The notes under the pieces: generated by a model
What the model was told of the DNA's origin: nothing
The model's input: the letters and a program-made list of their open reading frames with translations, nothing else
Database searches by the model: none
DNA from: Podarcis liolepis
Taxonomy: Eukaryota
Assembly (NCBI GenBank): GCA_965112155.1
Contig: OZ218100.1
DNA: 64,000 bases
Strand: one strand, 5' to 3'
Shown: positions 13,607 through 25,820 of the stretch, one piece after another
How positions within the stretch are numbered: position 1 is the first letter of the stretch
Layout: each line of letters starts with the position of its first letter
Position numbers and translations under genes: made by a program

Positions 13607-16456
13607 GAGAAGCTTCTGTTTTTCATCCTCATTCATAGGATAGGGCACTTTAGAATTTCCTAAAATGCTTGCCCTATCACTGCAAGGTCACTGACAGTGC
13701 TGAGATGTGGATGTGCATCTGTTTCTGCTTTGCAATACCAATATGTCCAGGAGAGACTTCATTAAAAGACGAATGTAAGAGTGCAGGTGTTCGGTTACAA
13801 GGCTGACTGAGAGCGAGTGCATATGCAAATAGCTACACTGGTTACTGTGTCATAGTTATTAGTCTTCTCATAACAATAACCTGGGCATAGTTTTAGTTGG
13901 CCTTTTCATATGCATCCTCGGTACCTGACAGCAGCCTTCTATGCTCTCAATATCTACATATTAATGTGTTCTCGGTTGCTACTGCTATTGCCCATCTGTT
14001 GCAATATTAAGAAAAAAGATGGCAACAGACATTCCTTCTTTTGTACAAGCTGCAACAAAATTAGCTTTAAAAGATAGGAACAGCTGGAAGTCATTCCTTT
14101 TCTTTGTGCGTGTGTGGGGTGTGTGTGTGCTCATTTGTAAAAACAGGTGGTTACAAGGTATGCTACAATATCCCATATGCTTTGCTTAACTTTTCTCTCT
14201 CTCTTTTATTGAAAGTGTATTTCTGTGGCATCCATGATGTCAGAATGCCCTTGTCGTGTTTCCCATCCTCCAGGTACTAGATGGCAAGGAAATCTGGACA
14301 TGATCCTTGAAGGCCAAACTGGACATTTATTGAAATATATAAGCATTGTGCTGAAGAAAGAAGTGGTGTTTTTTTGTATTAGTAACCAATGCGTTTTGGG
14401 CAGAATAGGCCTTACTCATATGAATTTTGCCTATGGTGTTTTCATTTTTTTTGTTTTGTTGTTGTTTCTTGCCAAAACATTTCAGGCATTAAAAGAATGC
14501 GCAATACTCACAATACTCTTTCTTCAGTATCTTGAGAATGGTTTTCCTTTTTGCCATTTCCACTGGATGCTTCCCATTTGTGTGTGCAAGGGGTTATGAT
14601 TGTAAGACATTAGTCTGTGAGGTGCAGATAATTTTGCACATGAAATCACAAAGATTGACTTCCTCAAGTAATTCTAGCTTCCAGGAACTGGCTCGAGGCA
14701 ACCAAAGTAGTCAGTTCTGATTCTAGGTTTGTTTGCTTTTAAAATATATCAAACAGAAAACAAACTGAGATGACCTGTTTACAGGAGCATCTCTCAAAGA
14801 CCATTTGCCTCGTCTTTCCTGTAGAGCAAAATGTGGGTTTATAGTTCACCCAAGTGCTCTTTAAAAACAGGTCTCTGCTTTTATGCTTATAATTTTATGT
14901 TGCCTGTTACTCATTATGAGAGTGTCTTTATTTTCTGTGTCAGTTTTACTATAGCTTGCTTACAATATTTGTATTCTTTACAGAATCCCTATAATTCTTC
15001 ACATTTGTTTTGTCAACTTTCCGTAAGTCACCTCTGCATTCCATTTTCTTGTCACTCTGTATTTCTCTCCACCCCCTCTTTCATATTTATTATACGTCAG
15101 TTCTCAAAAGAACACAATAACTGTATGCCTTTCTACAAATGGGCCGATAGTGTAAACAAATTTTCAGAGGGAGCTTTATATAGGCCGGCTTCTCTCTGCC
15201 TTTTTGTTTTGATGAGACTGTCATATCCCTGTCCCTGTCAATATTCAATCCATCATTTCTTGTAAAGGAGACCTTGCTTACACAAATGCAGAGTGAGTGC
15301 TGCTGCTAAGTAGCAATAAATTCAGGCCGCTGTCTATACAACCTGCCACTTATCTGGTTTATCTTCATGCACTGCATGCCCTGGCCTTACACTAAGAATT
15401 TTGGAATAAAGTTCTACAGGATGAAAAAGAGACCAGTGTATATGTGACCTTGGCTCTTCTTCTCCTAATTATGGAAAGTTTATACTCATGCCACTCCATG
15501 GCTCTCTTCCCTAGAGATGACATGGTGGAGGTTAATGCATTAATTGAGCGTTTAGGAAATCTTGGCTTCCCTTGAACATCTGAATCAGCTCAGAAAGGCT
15601 ATATCCAGCTGGATCCTGCCCTCCCCACTCCATGTCACTTGCTTGCTTGGACACTTCCACATCACGCAACACAGGAGCAAATAGGGCTGTCAACCAATGG
15701 ATTATTTAGTTGATTAATTCCCTGCTTTTAACAAAACTAATGAAATGCATATGAACCGTGCTAATACTGCAGATTAGGCACTTTTCAGATTAACCTACTG
15801 ATTAATCACCCTGTACAGCTCAATCCTATGCATATCTACTCTGAAGGTGCATTGAGTACAATGGTGCTTCCTCCCAGGTAAGATTTTACAGGAGCAAATT
15901 AATTTTGTGGTCCTTGTAAATAACCATTGTGTCCAGCAATGGTTTCCTATATCTGGTCTATGCAAATTAGCAAGGCAACACCTGCACCAGTGTCTCCCTT
16001 TGAAACAGGTGAAAATTCATGACCAGGTGGGCACTTTGTTCACACACATACCTGGAGCAGTATGAAATGTTTTAGCCAGCATACCAACCCAATGAATAAT
16101 CTCAAGCATCCTCTGCCCCTGCAAGTATGCATTCACTTTTGAGTATGTGGTGAGAATCCTGTAGATTAAGTTGCTTGAAGGGGTCCAACATCCAATGGAA
16201 ATGCCAAACCTGATGGGACAAGCTTGTTTACCAATGCTGGCGTGGCATGTGCTGGAGCCCTACAGACTATCAAGCTTCATTCATTGAGTTCATGTTGACC
16301 ACTACTGGTAAATCCAAAGTCTTCCCCCGAGCTTCATGGCTGAGGAAGTGCTGTAGCTGCTGCTCTGATATGAGATCCAAGTAATGCCCATACAGATGCA
16401 TGCACCAGGAAGGATTTGGACGACAAAAGTACATTTCCTACAGATGCCATTGGAAA

Positions 16457-16640
16457 GGGCTGCAGCTCAGTGGTAGAGAATCTGCTTTGCATGCAGAAGG
16501 CACCAGGCTCAATTCCTGGCATCACCCGGTAGGGCTGAGAGAGCCCCCTCTTCCCGAGGCTCCAGAGAGCAGCTGCCAGTTAATATGTCTACTAAGCTGG
16601 GCAATGGTCTGGCTTGGCTGAAGGTAGCATCGTGTGTTCT
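16457..16640 (+). mobile_element. tRNA-derived SINE, diverged
   Basis: GGGCTGCAGCTCAGTGGTAGAG...GGCTCAATTCCTGGCA, resembling A and B boxes; followed by SINE body, no acceptor stem. Confidence 0.65.
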
Positions 16641-18230
16641 TTCTGTTCATGAGTGAAACTACAAAAATTGCAGAAACTACAGCAAGTCAGGAAAGCAGAA
16701 GTGTGAACCAACTGCACTTTCCTTGATAATGCACAAAATGGAGCTTGCCAATCAAACCCATATGCTTAGTCAGCTTCTCTGTAACATCTGAACTAGTTGC
16801 TAGAGATAAATTCTGCCCTCGATACCAGCAGCCACATGAACAGGACTACTATTATTGTGGGGCGGGGGTTCCTGCCCCCACCCTCAAAACCAAGCTATAA
16901 ATATGCAGTTCATCCTGCAAGCACAGAATCCATTTCAAACAAAACAACCCTTTCAGCATTTTTAATGTGCCTTTGTGAGAAAAGGAAAGGGAAAGAGATA
17001 ATAGAAAGATGGTAAAGTAGAGCAAAAGGGAAAAAAAAATCCAGAAGCATGAGTCTTTTTGATTATTCAAAGCACAAAATGATGAATGTGTCTGACCTTA
17101 TTAAGTATATTAAATCCTTTCCCACCTCTTTGTAAAAGAAAATAGTTTTTACACTTGACTACATCTGATTCACATCCATTCACAAGCTAAGGCACCAGAC
17201 TGGAAAGACATCAGCTAATACTCCATTACTTTGTTTTTCTGTTTTTCTAAACAGATTCAGGGAAAGGGACTGTGGTTTACAATTTCACCTCAGCCAGCAT
17301 AATTGGAAATATTTTGACTAGAGTGAAGACTGGCTCAGGCTCAGAGTTGTTTTTATTAAGTGTACAGACTTGTACCATCACACACAATTATGAGTTTCTT
17401 GGGCACAAGAGATCCAGCCAAAGTGAGATTGTATTAAGGTTGCAGTCTTTGGCTTATTTAATTGGAAGTCCAGAATACCCTGTCATAAGGCACATAGCAA
17501 AGTTCCCTGAAGCCTGATGCCACCACTCTTACGATTTCATTAGAAATACACTCTCTGAGCTCTTTTTCAGCCTGCAAAGCAATACAACAATCTTCCACTA
17601 CAAATCAGACTTCCCACTGGAAAGTGAGCCCCTTATAAGCAAGGATGATTCTCTGCCAGTGCTGCCAAGTCATGCTTGAGCGTAGAATGAACTGCAACCT
17701 GAGCCTTCAGGAAGGCATTTATTTACTCATGTGCAACAAGCCATGAAATGGGACAAAAGTAGTCACTTGAGTGGTATTAACTCACTGTCCACCCCCAAAG
17801 TTTAGCAGCAGTTGTGCTAACACAGGGCTTCTACAGACAGCGGTGACAGCGCCATCTTAGGCTGCCTTCACATGGTAGTTTATTCTACTTTTCCCTAACT
17901 GTTAAGTTCTGCAATCTAAGCAGTCACGTGATATAAAAGCCATTCCTTGAACTATAGTGCAAGTTTAGTGTTTACTTCTGTGTTATTTGCTTCCAGAATA
18001 AACCTGTGAAAACAATATAGAAATGAGTGCTAAACTTGCCGTATATTCCACTGGAAATAGCTATTACGTTGTGTGGAAGTTCAAATATAATGTGGAAATT
18101 AACAGTTCAGGGGATGTCATGAAAATGGAGTAAATTTTCCCTCGGCTCCCTTGCCTTAGGATTGCCCCTTATCTTCGCTACACCCTGTGTCTTCAGTGCA
18201 CTCCTCAGTCTCTCCTGTATGAAGTTGTAA

Positions 18231-18574
18231 AGGGTAAAGGGACCCCTGACCATTAGGTCCAGTTGTGACCGACTCTGGGGTTGCAGTGCTCATCTGCTTT
18301 ATTGGCCGAGGGAGCTGACGTACGGCTTCCAGGTCATGTGGCCAGCATAACTAAGCCACTTCTGGCGAACCAGAGAAGCACGGAAATGCTGTTTACCTTC
18401 CCACCGTAGCGGTACCTATTTATCTACTTGCACATTGACGTGCTTTCGAACTGCTAGGTTGGCAGGAGCTGGGACCGAGCAATGGGAACTCACCCCGTCA
18501 CGGGGATTCGAACTGCTGACCTTCTGATCGGCAAATCCTAGGCTCTGTGGTTTAACCCACAGCACCACCCGCAT
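18231..18574 (-). mobile_element. Sauria SINE
   Basis: Same family as 9933-10279; TSD CTGTRTGAAGTTGTAA. Confidence 0.9.
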
Positions 18575-19252
18575 CTGTGTGAAGTTGTAACATTAGCTAA
18601 ATAGACAACTGTCCCATCCCTCACACTACAAACTGATTTTTTCCCTGGGCAACTAGGCATTCTGAGCCACCACACCGGATCAGCCAATCAGTGTTTTTCA
18701 GTACCATAAACACAATACTATGTTGATTTGCAATTGACTGGCCTTGTGGTCAGAAAACCAAAGAGAAGAGTAGCTCGATGCAATGTGTAATTAACTTATG
18801 ACATTCACTGCCACAGGTGTGTGTGTTTATTTATGAAATTTATTTATATACCACCCTCTCATAAAATATAAGGACAGAGTATAGCAATATAAAAAACACA
18901 AACAGCCATTAAAAGCAGTACTGAACCATAATTAAAATGACGGACAACTCAAGAAAAATGTAAGCAATTCTATAATCCTGTCAGCATTAAGAGTAAAAAG
19001 AAAAGAAAGCATGCCAAATCTCCACTGGAAGAGTGTTCCACAGCATGATGCCGGCGACACTAAATGTCTGACTTCTAGTTGAGGCTAGTCAGGCCTCTGT
19101 AACATGGGAATACAAATACCAGTCTTCATCTGGATTATCTTGGTGATTTGGCTGGGCTATAAGGACCCAGGAGAACCTCTAAGCTATGCTGATGGTTTTG
19201 GGTTTGGATTGCTTTAAAGGGGGATTAGTTAAAAGAATAGTCATTTCTATTT

Positions 19253-19648
19253 GGCTGATCGCTGAAGAATTGATGCTTTAGAATTATGGTGCTGGAGGAG
19301 ACTCTTGAGAGTCCCACGGACTGCAAGGAGATAAAACGTATCCATTCTGAAGGAAATCAGCCCTGAGTGCTCACTGGAAGGACAGATGCTGAAGCTGAGG
19401 CTCCAATACTTTGGCCACCTCATGAGAAGAGAAGACTCCCCGGAAAAGACCATGATGTTGGGAAAAATAGAGGGCACAAGGAGAAGGGGATGACAGAGGA
19501 TGAGATGGTTGGATAGTGTTCTCGAAGCTACCAGCATGAGTTTGACCAAACTGCAGGAGGGAGTGGAAGACAGGAGTGCCTGGCGTGCTCTGGTCCATGG
19601 GGTCACGAAGAGTCGGACACGACTAAATGACTAAACAACAACAACAAC
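19253..19648 (+). mobile_element. RTE/BovB LINE 3' fragment
   Basis: GAATTGATGCTTT...TGGTGCTGGAGGAGACTCTTGAGAGTCCC...GAAGAGTCGGACACGACT followed by a (CAA)n tail. Confidence 0.9.
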
Positions 19649-22600
19649 ATTCTCCATTAATCTGTGAGCAGCTATTACCCACAATAATAAATTGAACTTC
19701 CAGGTTCAGAAGCAGTATACCTCTGAATGCCAAATCCTGAGGGCGAACACCTTACTTGTTAATTGTTAAGTGCATCTGCCTCACCACCAAAATAGAGATG
19801 GACATCAGCCTGATCCATTTTCTCTCTTTTATTTCCGCCTTTGCCTTGGGAGAGGTAAAGTTTCCAAACACCTGGCTATGGTCATTCTCTTTCTTTACAC
19901 AAATCGACATTTCTGAAGAAGAATGTTGAAACAAAGAATGTGCAGAAAGCCACTATAAAAAAGGAAAAATGCAGAATGAAGAGAGAATAAGCATTGTTTG
20001 CCACTTTCGCAGTTCTACAAAAAGCGGAGCTGTTAGATTGGTGATCTCACCTCATAGTGGGGAAGAGAACGTCATGTGCAAATCATCTGTGACCTAAGCT
20101 GAGTTTTGGTAATTTGCTGCCAGCATGGCATGTTGCTTTGGGGACTGAGGAGGCGTAAAGGGAATAATTCCTTATCACAATAATCTATAAATTGACTCAG
20201 CACAGTTACGGCGATCAATCAGAAGCATGCTTTTCATTTACACTTCACAGGCATTAGTGCCGGCCCTATAAAAATGTGAATGTAAACTTTTGCCATTTTA
20301 ATCATTTTTCTATCACGATGCTAAAATCAAGTCCTAAAAAACCAATCAGAGTGCTCCTGCAATAAGGTTCTGCAATTGTGATCTCTCCCCCCGCCTCCCA
20401 CCACACAAAACTGGCATTCAAAACAACCTCGAACTGAGGAAAAACACTGATTGTGAGGAAGAAAGCTTTTATTTGCACACAAATGTCTTGGCAATCAAAG
20501 AGGTAGGAGGTACGGAAAAATAAATCACTGTGCGGTAAAATTAGTTTGATGTGAAATTTCAGCTTGTTGCAGTTCTGGTAATATATATTCTGGTAATATA
20601 TATTCTGCTACTATTACATCAAGCTGTAATTTACTTCCTTTTTCATTTCCTTCATCTTGCGACTACAGTGTAAGTATAAATTTGAATGCAAGCACAATAT
20701 TATGTTTATGTTCTTTCTTCTGAGACTACCAGCTTCTTAAAAAGGTCCCTGTAGTAACCTACAACATTTAGAACTGGGGTAATTATGTATATTTACAACT
20801 TGCTCTATACTTGAAGGATCAAAGCGGATAAGATCACTTCCAAGGAAAAAAAATATAAAAATGGAAATATGCAGCTAAATTACCTGATATCCACAACCGT
20901 TAATATACAGACATCATAATGGTCAGGTATCCAATTCCCTTATTTTAAAAGAAATTGTGAAGTAAATGTAACGACTGGGGCAACCTTATCCTATGTAGAT
21001 CCAGGTAATCTTCTAATCTGTAGATGTCTTGTTGTAGTATTATACCCTATTCCTTTTTCTGCCAGCACCCCCCCTTGCATATCATAGTCAGATTCTAGCG
21101 TAAGAAATCTAGCATAAGAAAATGGGCAATAATTGTATGTAGGGGTTCTTTGAAAAGTCTGAAACTAGGACGTGATCACATCAAGCAAATTATCCCAATG
21201 TGGTGACTCTGAAATTATTATGGGCCAAGAGCAAACTCTTTTAAAGGTCAGGCTCGGCTTATAATAGGTCTGGTCATCTGTGATCCATACCTCACAGTGC
21301 CCCTTTCCTTACTTCTAAGTAAAATTTCGTAAGCCTGGATCCAAAGGTGTCCTCTTGCATGCAAAAGGGACTTTCTGTTCACATCATGGCTGCTTTACAC
21401 ATTGTACACGAAAAGTGAAACTAAATCAAAATATGTACTCTGGTCCTTCCCAGCACTTGCATGTGGTCTTCAGAAGGTGTCGCAGAGGGAAATGTGGCCC
21501 TTGGGCTGAAAAATGTTCCCCACCTCTGCACTAGAACCAGGGCTGGCCCACCCATGAGGCAAACTGAGACAGCTACCTTGGGTGGCAGAATCCCAAGGGT
21601 TGACAGCTCTGTAGGCGCCCCACCTCTGCCACCACTGGAGAATAATCAGTGGTGGTGGCAGCGACTTCTGAAGAGTTCTCACAAGATTTCACCGCTGTCA
21701 CCACTTCTCTTTACTTCTCCGGAGCTGATCCCAGTAAGCAGGGCTTTGGCGAGGAGGAGGGGCAGGGATGGCACCTTTCCGTTTCACCTCAGGTGGTGAA
21801 ACAGGATGGACCACTCATTACTAGAACATGGATGGATAAGAACTGCTATAGATCTATTAAAGGTTTGCATATGGAGCTATTAAAGGAATTGCTGTTAAAG
21901 GTTTGCATGAACTCTTGTACAAGGATTTGCGATACAGTGCTGGTGATTATTTTCATTCCTCTCACAGTTCTTTGGATCTAACCAGCAAGGTCTACCATCT
22001 ACTCTGGCGATTCAATAACTGTATACAGCAGAACAGAAATATTTCTCAATGTTAGAATAAATGACTACTGTACCTTGTAGCTGATCAATTTAAAACATTC
22101 ATTGTCACAAGGTAGAGTTCAACAACAGCAGCATTTAGACATCCATTCATTTGCACATAAGCATTTGGGTTGCATTGATTGAAATTTGACTGACAAACAC
22201 CACACTTTTAATGCTGGCACTCCAGCCACCATCTTTCTCGGTGGTAAAGGGGTGTCCTCACACACAGCTGTGCATGGCGATATGTTAGGTAGAGTGGCCA
22301 AGCCTACATAGTCAGCCAAGCATACATACGTAGACTGCTCCTGCCTGCTCCTTCTTTCCATCATTGCACTTGCCTGCCCTTCCTTTTTTCATACTGTGAC
22401 TAAGGTGCTGCTTTGAGGGCAAACAGGAAAAGTTGGCCAGCTGGCTATCTAGTCATTCAGGCTAGGCTTTCGACCTACTTCTTACCGTGTTAGGTGATGC
22501 AGCAGTTGTTAAATAGCTTAACTGGTTTAATTGGTCACTTTGGCATGAAGGTGTGGAAATGGAAACAGGTCAGCTTGGTGACCTCTGAGGCACCTTTGGG

Positions 22601-23961
22601 GTGGGCAAGTCCTGAGGCCTGCAGGCCAGGGTTTCAGGGCCTGAAAGCAGGAATTGATCTGCCTTTGGGTCCAATATACCTCATCCACCTAGGGTTTGGG
22701 GAGCCTGGATGGTGGTGATGTGGGACGGCCTTCCTCCTCACCTTCAGAGTGTGTGTGGGGCTTTATTTCTCCTGGCATGGGTTGGCCACCATAGAGCAGT
22801 TAGCACTTGCCTTGTATTTATTAGTTCCCACACCAACACTTCTCTTTAGTATGTTTTAATGTCATAACATAAAAAGTAGTCCTTAGTTCATCCCAACTGC
22901 ATGTTTCTGTGTATTTATACCAACCCTTGGCCACAATCACAACTTTCTTTTTGATATGGCCAATTTAGCATGACTTATTTTTAATCAATTCAATGTGGTG
23001 AATATTTTTTCATGCCTAGAAGGGAACCTGCTAGCTTTCGAGGCTTTTCTCTTAAATTTTAAATGCAAGATGTCACGAATGGGGGCAATTCTCTGACTCT
23101 CAAACCACTAGAGATACGCTTTAATCAGCTGGGTAAAGTATTGGATTGGCAGTCTGTAAATCGGTTATTGAATCCTACTGAAGCCTGAGGCAAATCACAA
23201 ACAGTAGATCAATTTTCCTTAGTGTGAAAGAGCCCAGATGAGCAATTCAGCTGTATATCCTTGCTGCACCACATCAGAAATTAACACGAAGCTTGAGCAG
23301 AACACTTAATGTGTTGACAAAATGTACAGTTTATGCCACAAAAAGTTTTGTTTAAATTAAGGTCAAAAAGAAAAAAAAAATCCACATAAAGTTGTTTTGA
23401 GTCTAGCAGTGTGCTGAAATCCCCTTACCAATTTGAGGAAATTCTTATTTTCTTGCTTCCCTGTCGCAGCCTCTTTTCCAAGGGGTGGGGGATGTAAAAA
23501 AATATTTACCTGTGTTTTTCCTCTTTTTATTAAATACTTGGGTTGTATTTAAAATAAACCATCTTTATGCTGATGCTCCTGTGCTAAGCAGCTAGGGATG
23601 GATGAACCCATTATGTAAGGTTATTCCCTGTTCCCTTTTCTGTATCAGGATAGGACTAAGTCCATCCATTGCATCTCCATTCCTTTAAAATCCATGCAGA
23701 AATACAAATGTAGAACAACAGATACAGCATTGGCATCCCTAGACCATCTTGCAATCAGCAGGACTGCGTATTTCAAAGCAGCCTAAAACAGAGTCATGAT
23801 CTGACCCAAGTCATGATCCAAGTCATGGATCAGGAAACATGAAGAGTAACAAAATGTAGAAATCCGCTTGACTTTGTCCCGTTTGACTTTGAATGGCTAA
23901 CCTGTAATGGCTAATGGCTAAACATGTAACTTTTGGATAAACCTGTAAATCTGTTCCTTAC

Positions 23962-24075
23962 CTGCAGCATATTTATTGCACTGGCATCTGTAAGTATTTG
24001 AAGAAACCCTGTGGCAACTGCCACTGTAGCAACTATGTGGCTGGCACTCACCAATGATTTCCGAACAGTTCTTTC
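23962..24075 (-). CDS. EYS: EYS second coding exon (EGF-like repeat; equivalent to human exon 5)
   Basis: 114 nt, phase 1/1, polypyrimidine tract and AG acceptor, GTAAGG donor. Translates (G)KNCSEIIGECQPHSCYSGSCHRVSSNTYRCQCNKYAA(G), matching human EYS GKNCSEIIGQCQPHVC.... Not in the supplied ORF track. Confidence 0.93.
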
Positions 24076-24502
24076 CTTATGAAAACAAAGAGGGGGGAAA
24101 GAGAAATGAATAGAAGACTCGCCTTCCCCAAAAAGATGCTTCCCCCAAAAGTCCAGAGAATAATTAGTAATCCTTCAACTAAACATTATCAAAAGCAGCA
24201 CAGTTTCCACACAGTTCTTCCCATATGTAAATTAAGTATATCCTGATCATCACTGCTTAACGGCATGTTTATGCCATCTCCTAAATCAAATCTCGAGCTG
24301 GTGTAGGACAATATTACAATACATATCAAAGTATTAAAACACAGAAAGAATGGGAATACTAAGGCAGAGTTAACGAATTGCCTAAACATCAATAACAAAT
24401 TGCCTAAACATCAATAATGTGAGTGCTTGCTTAAACACATGGGGAAGATGATTCCATTGTGTGGGTGCCTCAGCATAAAAGTCCTTTCCTCCAGTGGCTG
24501 CT

Positions 24503-24716
24503 AAGGCGTGTTCTCCTTCAAATGAGAGCACGTGTTGCGGTTGGGCGAATACAAGCCACCCTGCTGTTATCAGGCAGTTGAATGAGGTAGAACCCTTTAA
24601 AGGGTTAATTGAGTTACTGGGGAGTTTAGCATGTTGCCAATTAGGAAGGAAGGGCAGAGGCTATAAATACAGGTTACCCACGTTGGGGCGTCCTCTTGGC
24701 CTCTGCATCGGATCAC
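24503..24716 (+). repeat. Split direct repeat A1 (214 bp)
   Basis: Identical by eye to A2 at 30900-31113. Confidence 0.95.
24637..24700 (+). promoter_or_regulatory. Putative Pol II promoter in repeat A
   Basis: CCAAT 24637-24641, TATAAAT 24662-24668, pyrimidine-rich initiator-like CCTCTT about 30 nt downstream; duplicated in A2. Confidence 0.6.
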
Positions 24717-25608
24717 GGAGCAGATCGTCTGGAGCCTGGTTGTATTTGAGTATTTAAGAACTTTGCTTATCTGCTGCTGATTTCTTTGAGCCTTATAACC
24801 TTCTGTTCCTCCCCCTTTATTTATTTAATTTCCTTTCCACATTTTTTCCTCCCTCCTTCCGTTAATTCTCTCTTTTGGTTTAGTTTAATCTGAATTAGCA
24901 GCGGCTTTATTGGGAGCGGGAGTCCCCACCCCCCCCAGCCCGGGGGAGGCTTTCCTCCCGGCGTCGGGGAAGCGCCCGCGCTTTCGCCAGGCCGCGGCCC
25001 GCCCTCCCCCCGTCCTTAGCTCCGTAGCGCGGAGCGTCTCCGAGAGCCGCCCCCCCGCCCTCCTCGCGTCTCCCACACTTGGGCCTACCTGGAGCCGCGT
25101 CGGGCGGCTGGATTCGGGCCCACTTTTGCCGGAGGTCGTTGCCGCGTCGGCGGCGTCCCGTCCTCCGGTGCTGTGTCCTTGCGGCCGCGCGGCGGCGGCG
25201 AGGAGCGCGCTCCACCGGGGATTTCTTCAGCGGGCCCCTTTTGACCTAACAGGCCCACCCGCCTCGCGTTAGCGCGCGGGGGGGGGGCACATACAGGCCC
25301 GGTTCGCTAGCGCTGCGGCCTGGGCGCGCTCGCGGCCTGGTCGCAATTGCTAAGTCATTCCGGTTAGCTCCGCCATTTTAGGTAGCGTCTTGCCGACGGA
25401 GGCTCCCCCTGGTGGCTAGGATTGGTACTGCGCCTCAGTTGCTTTTCTTGAAGAGCTAGGCCGCACCCCCTACCCCTCGCCCCCTGCTGGTTGCTAGTAT
25501 ATTACGCTTTACTAATTGCTGTTTGGTAGTGATTGCTTTGCGTTTGGGCCTGCTGAGGCCTCCTGAGTTGGCAACAGTGCTCAGGACTGTTGTCCTGGCT
25601 TGGTTTGT

Positions 25609-25642
<34 letters not shown>
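25609..25642. repeat. (GATA)n microsatellite in the retrotransposon 5' leader
   Basis: Direct reading. Confidence 0.95.
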
Positions 25643-25820
25643 CTTCGATAGTCCGATACACCTGGCTGTTGCCTGGCCAAGAGACAGTCTTTATTCCGAG
25701 CTGCGGCCTAGATTTCACTCGAAGGCCCAACAGTGCTTTTTTGGTTGGAGGTTGCTAGCTTCATTTTGCCGTAGCGTTTGAATATTGACTTGGTTTTGAT
25801 TTTATTTCCTGCTAGCAGGT

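Noticed and set aside
16457-16530. tRNA-like sequence
   Set aside because: Degenerate SINE head with no intact cloverleaf
19755-19952. Minus-strand acceptor-like site (TTTTTCCTTTTTTATAG) with open frame and possible donor; candidate EYS exon
   Set aside because: The translation lacks EGF cysteine spacing and I cannot match it to EYS
22074-22230. Cys-rich minus-strand stretch (KCLCANEW..., LPCDNEC) ending at AAG|GTACAG
   Set aside because: Motifs lie in different frames or are separated by stops; at best a decayed exon, not supportable. No further intact EYS exon was recognised in 1-23961
24885-25272. ORFs in the GC-rich leader of the retrotransposon
   Set aside because: Low-complexity Ala/Arg/Pro products expected from high GC content
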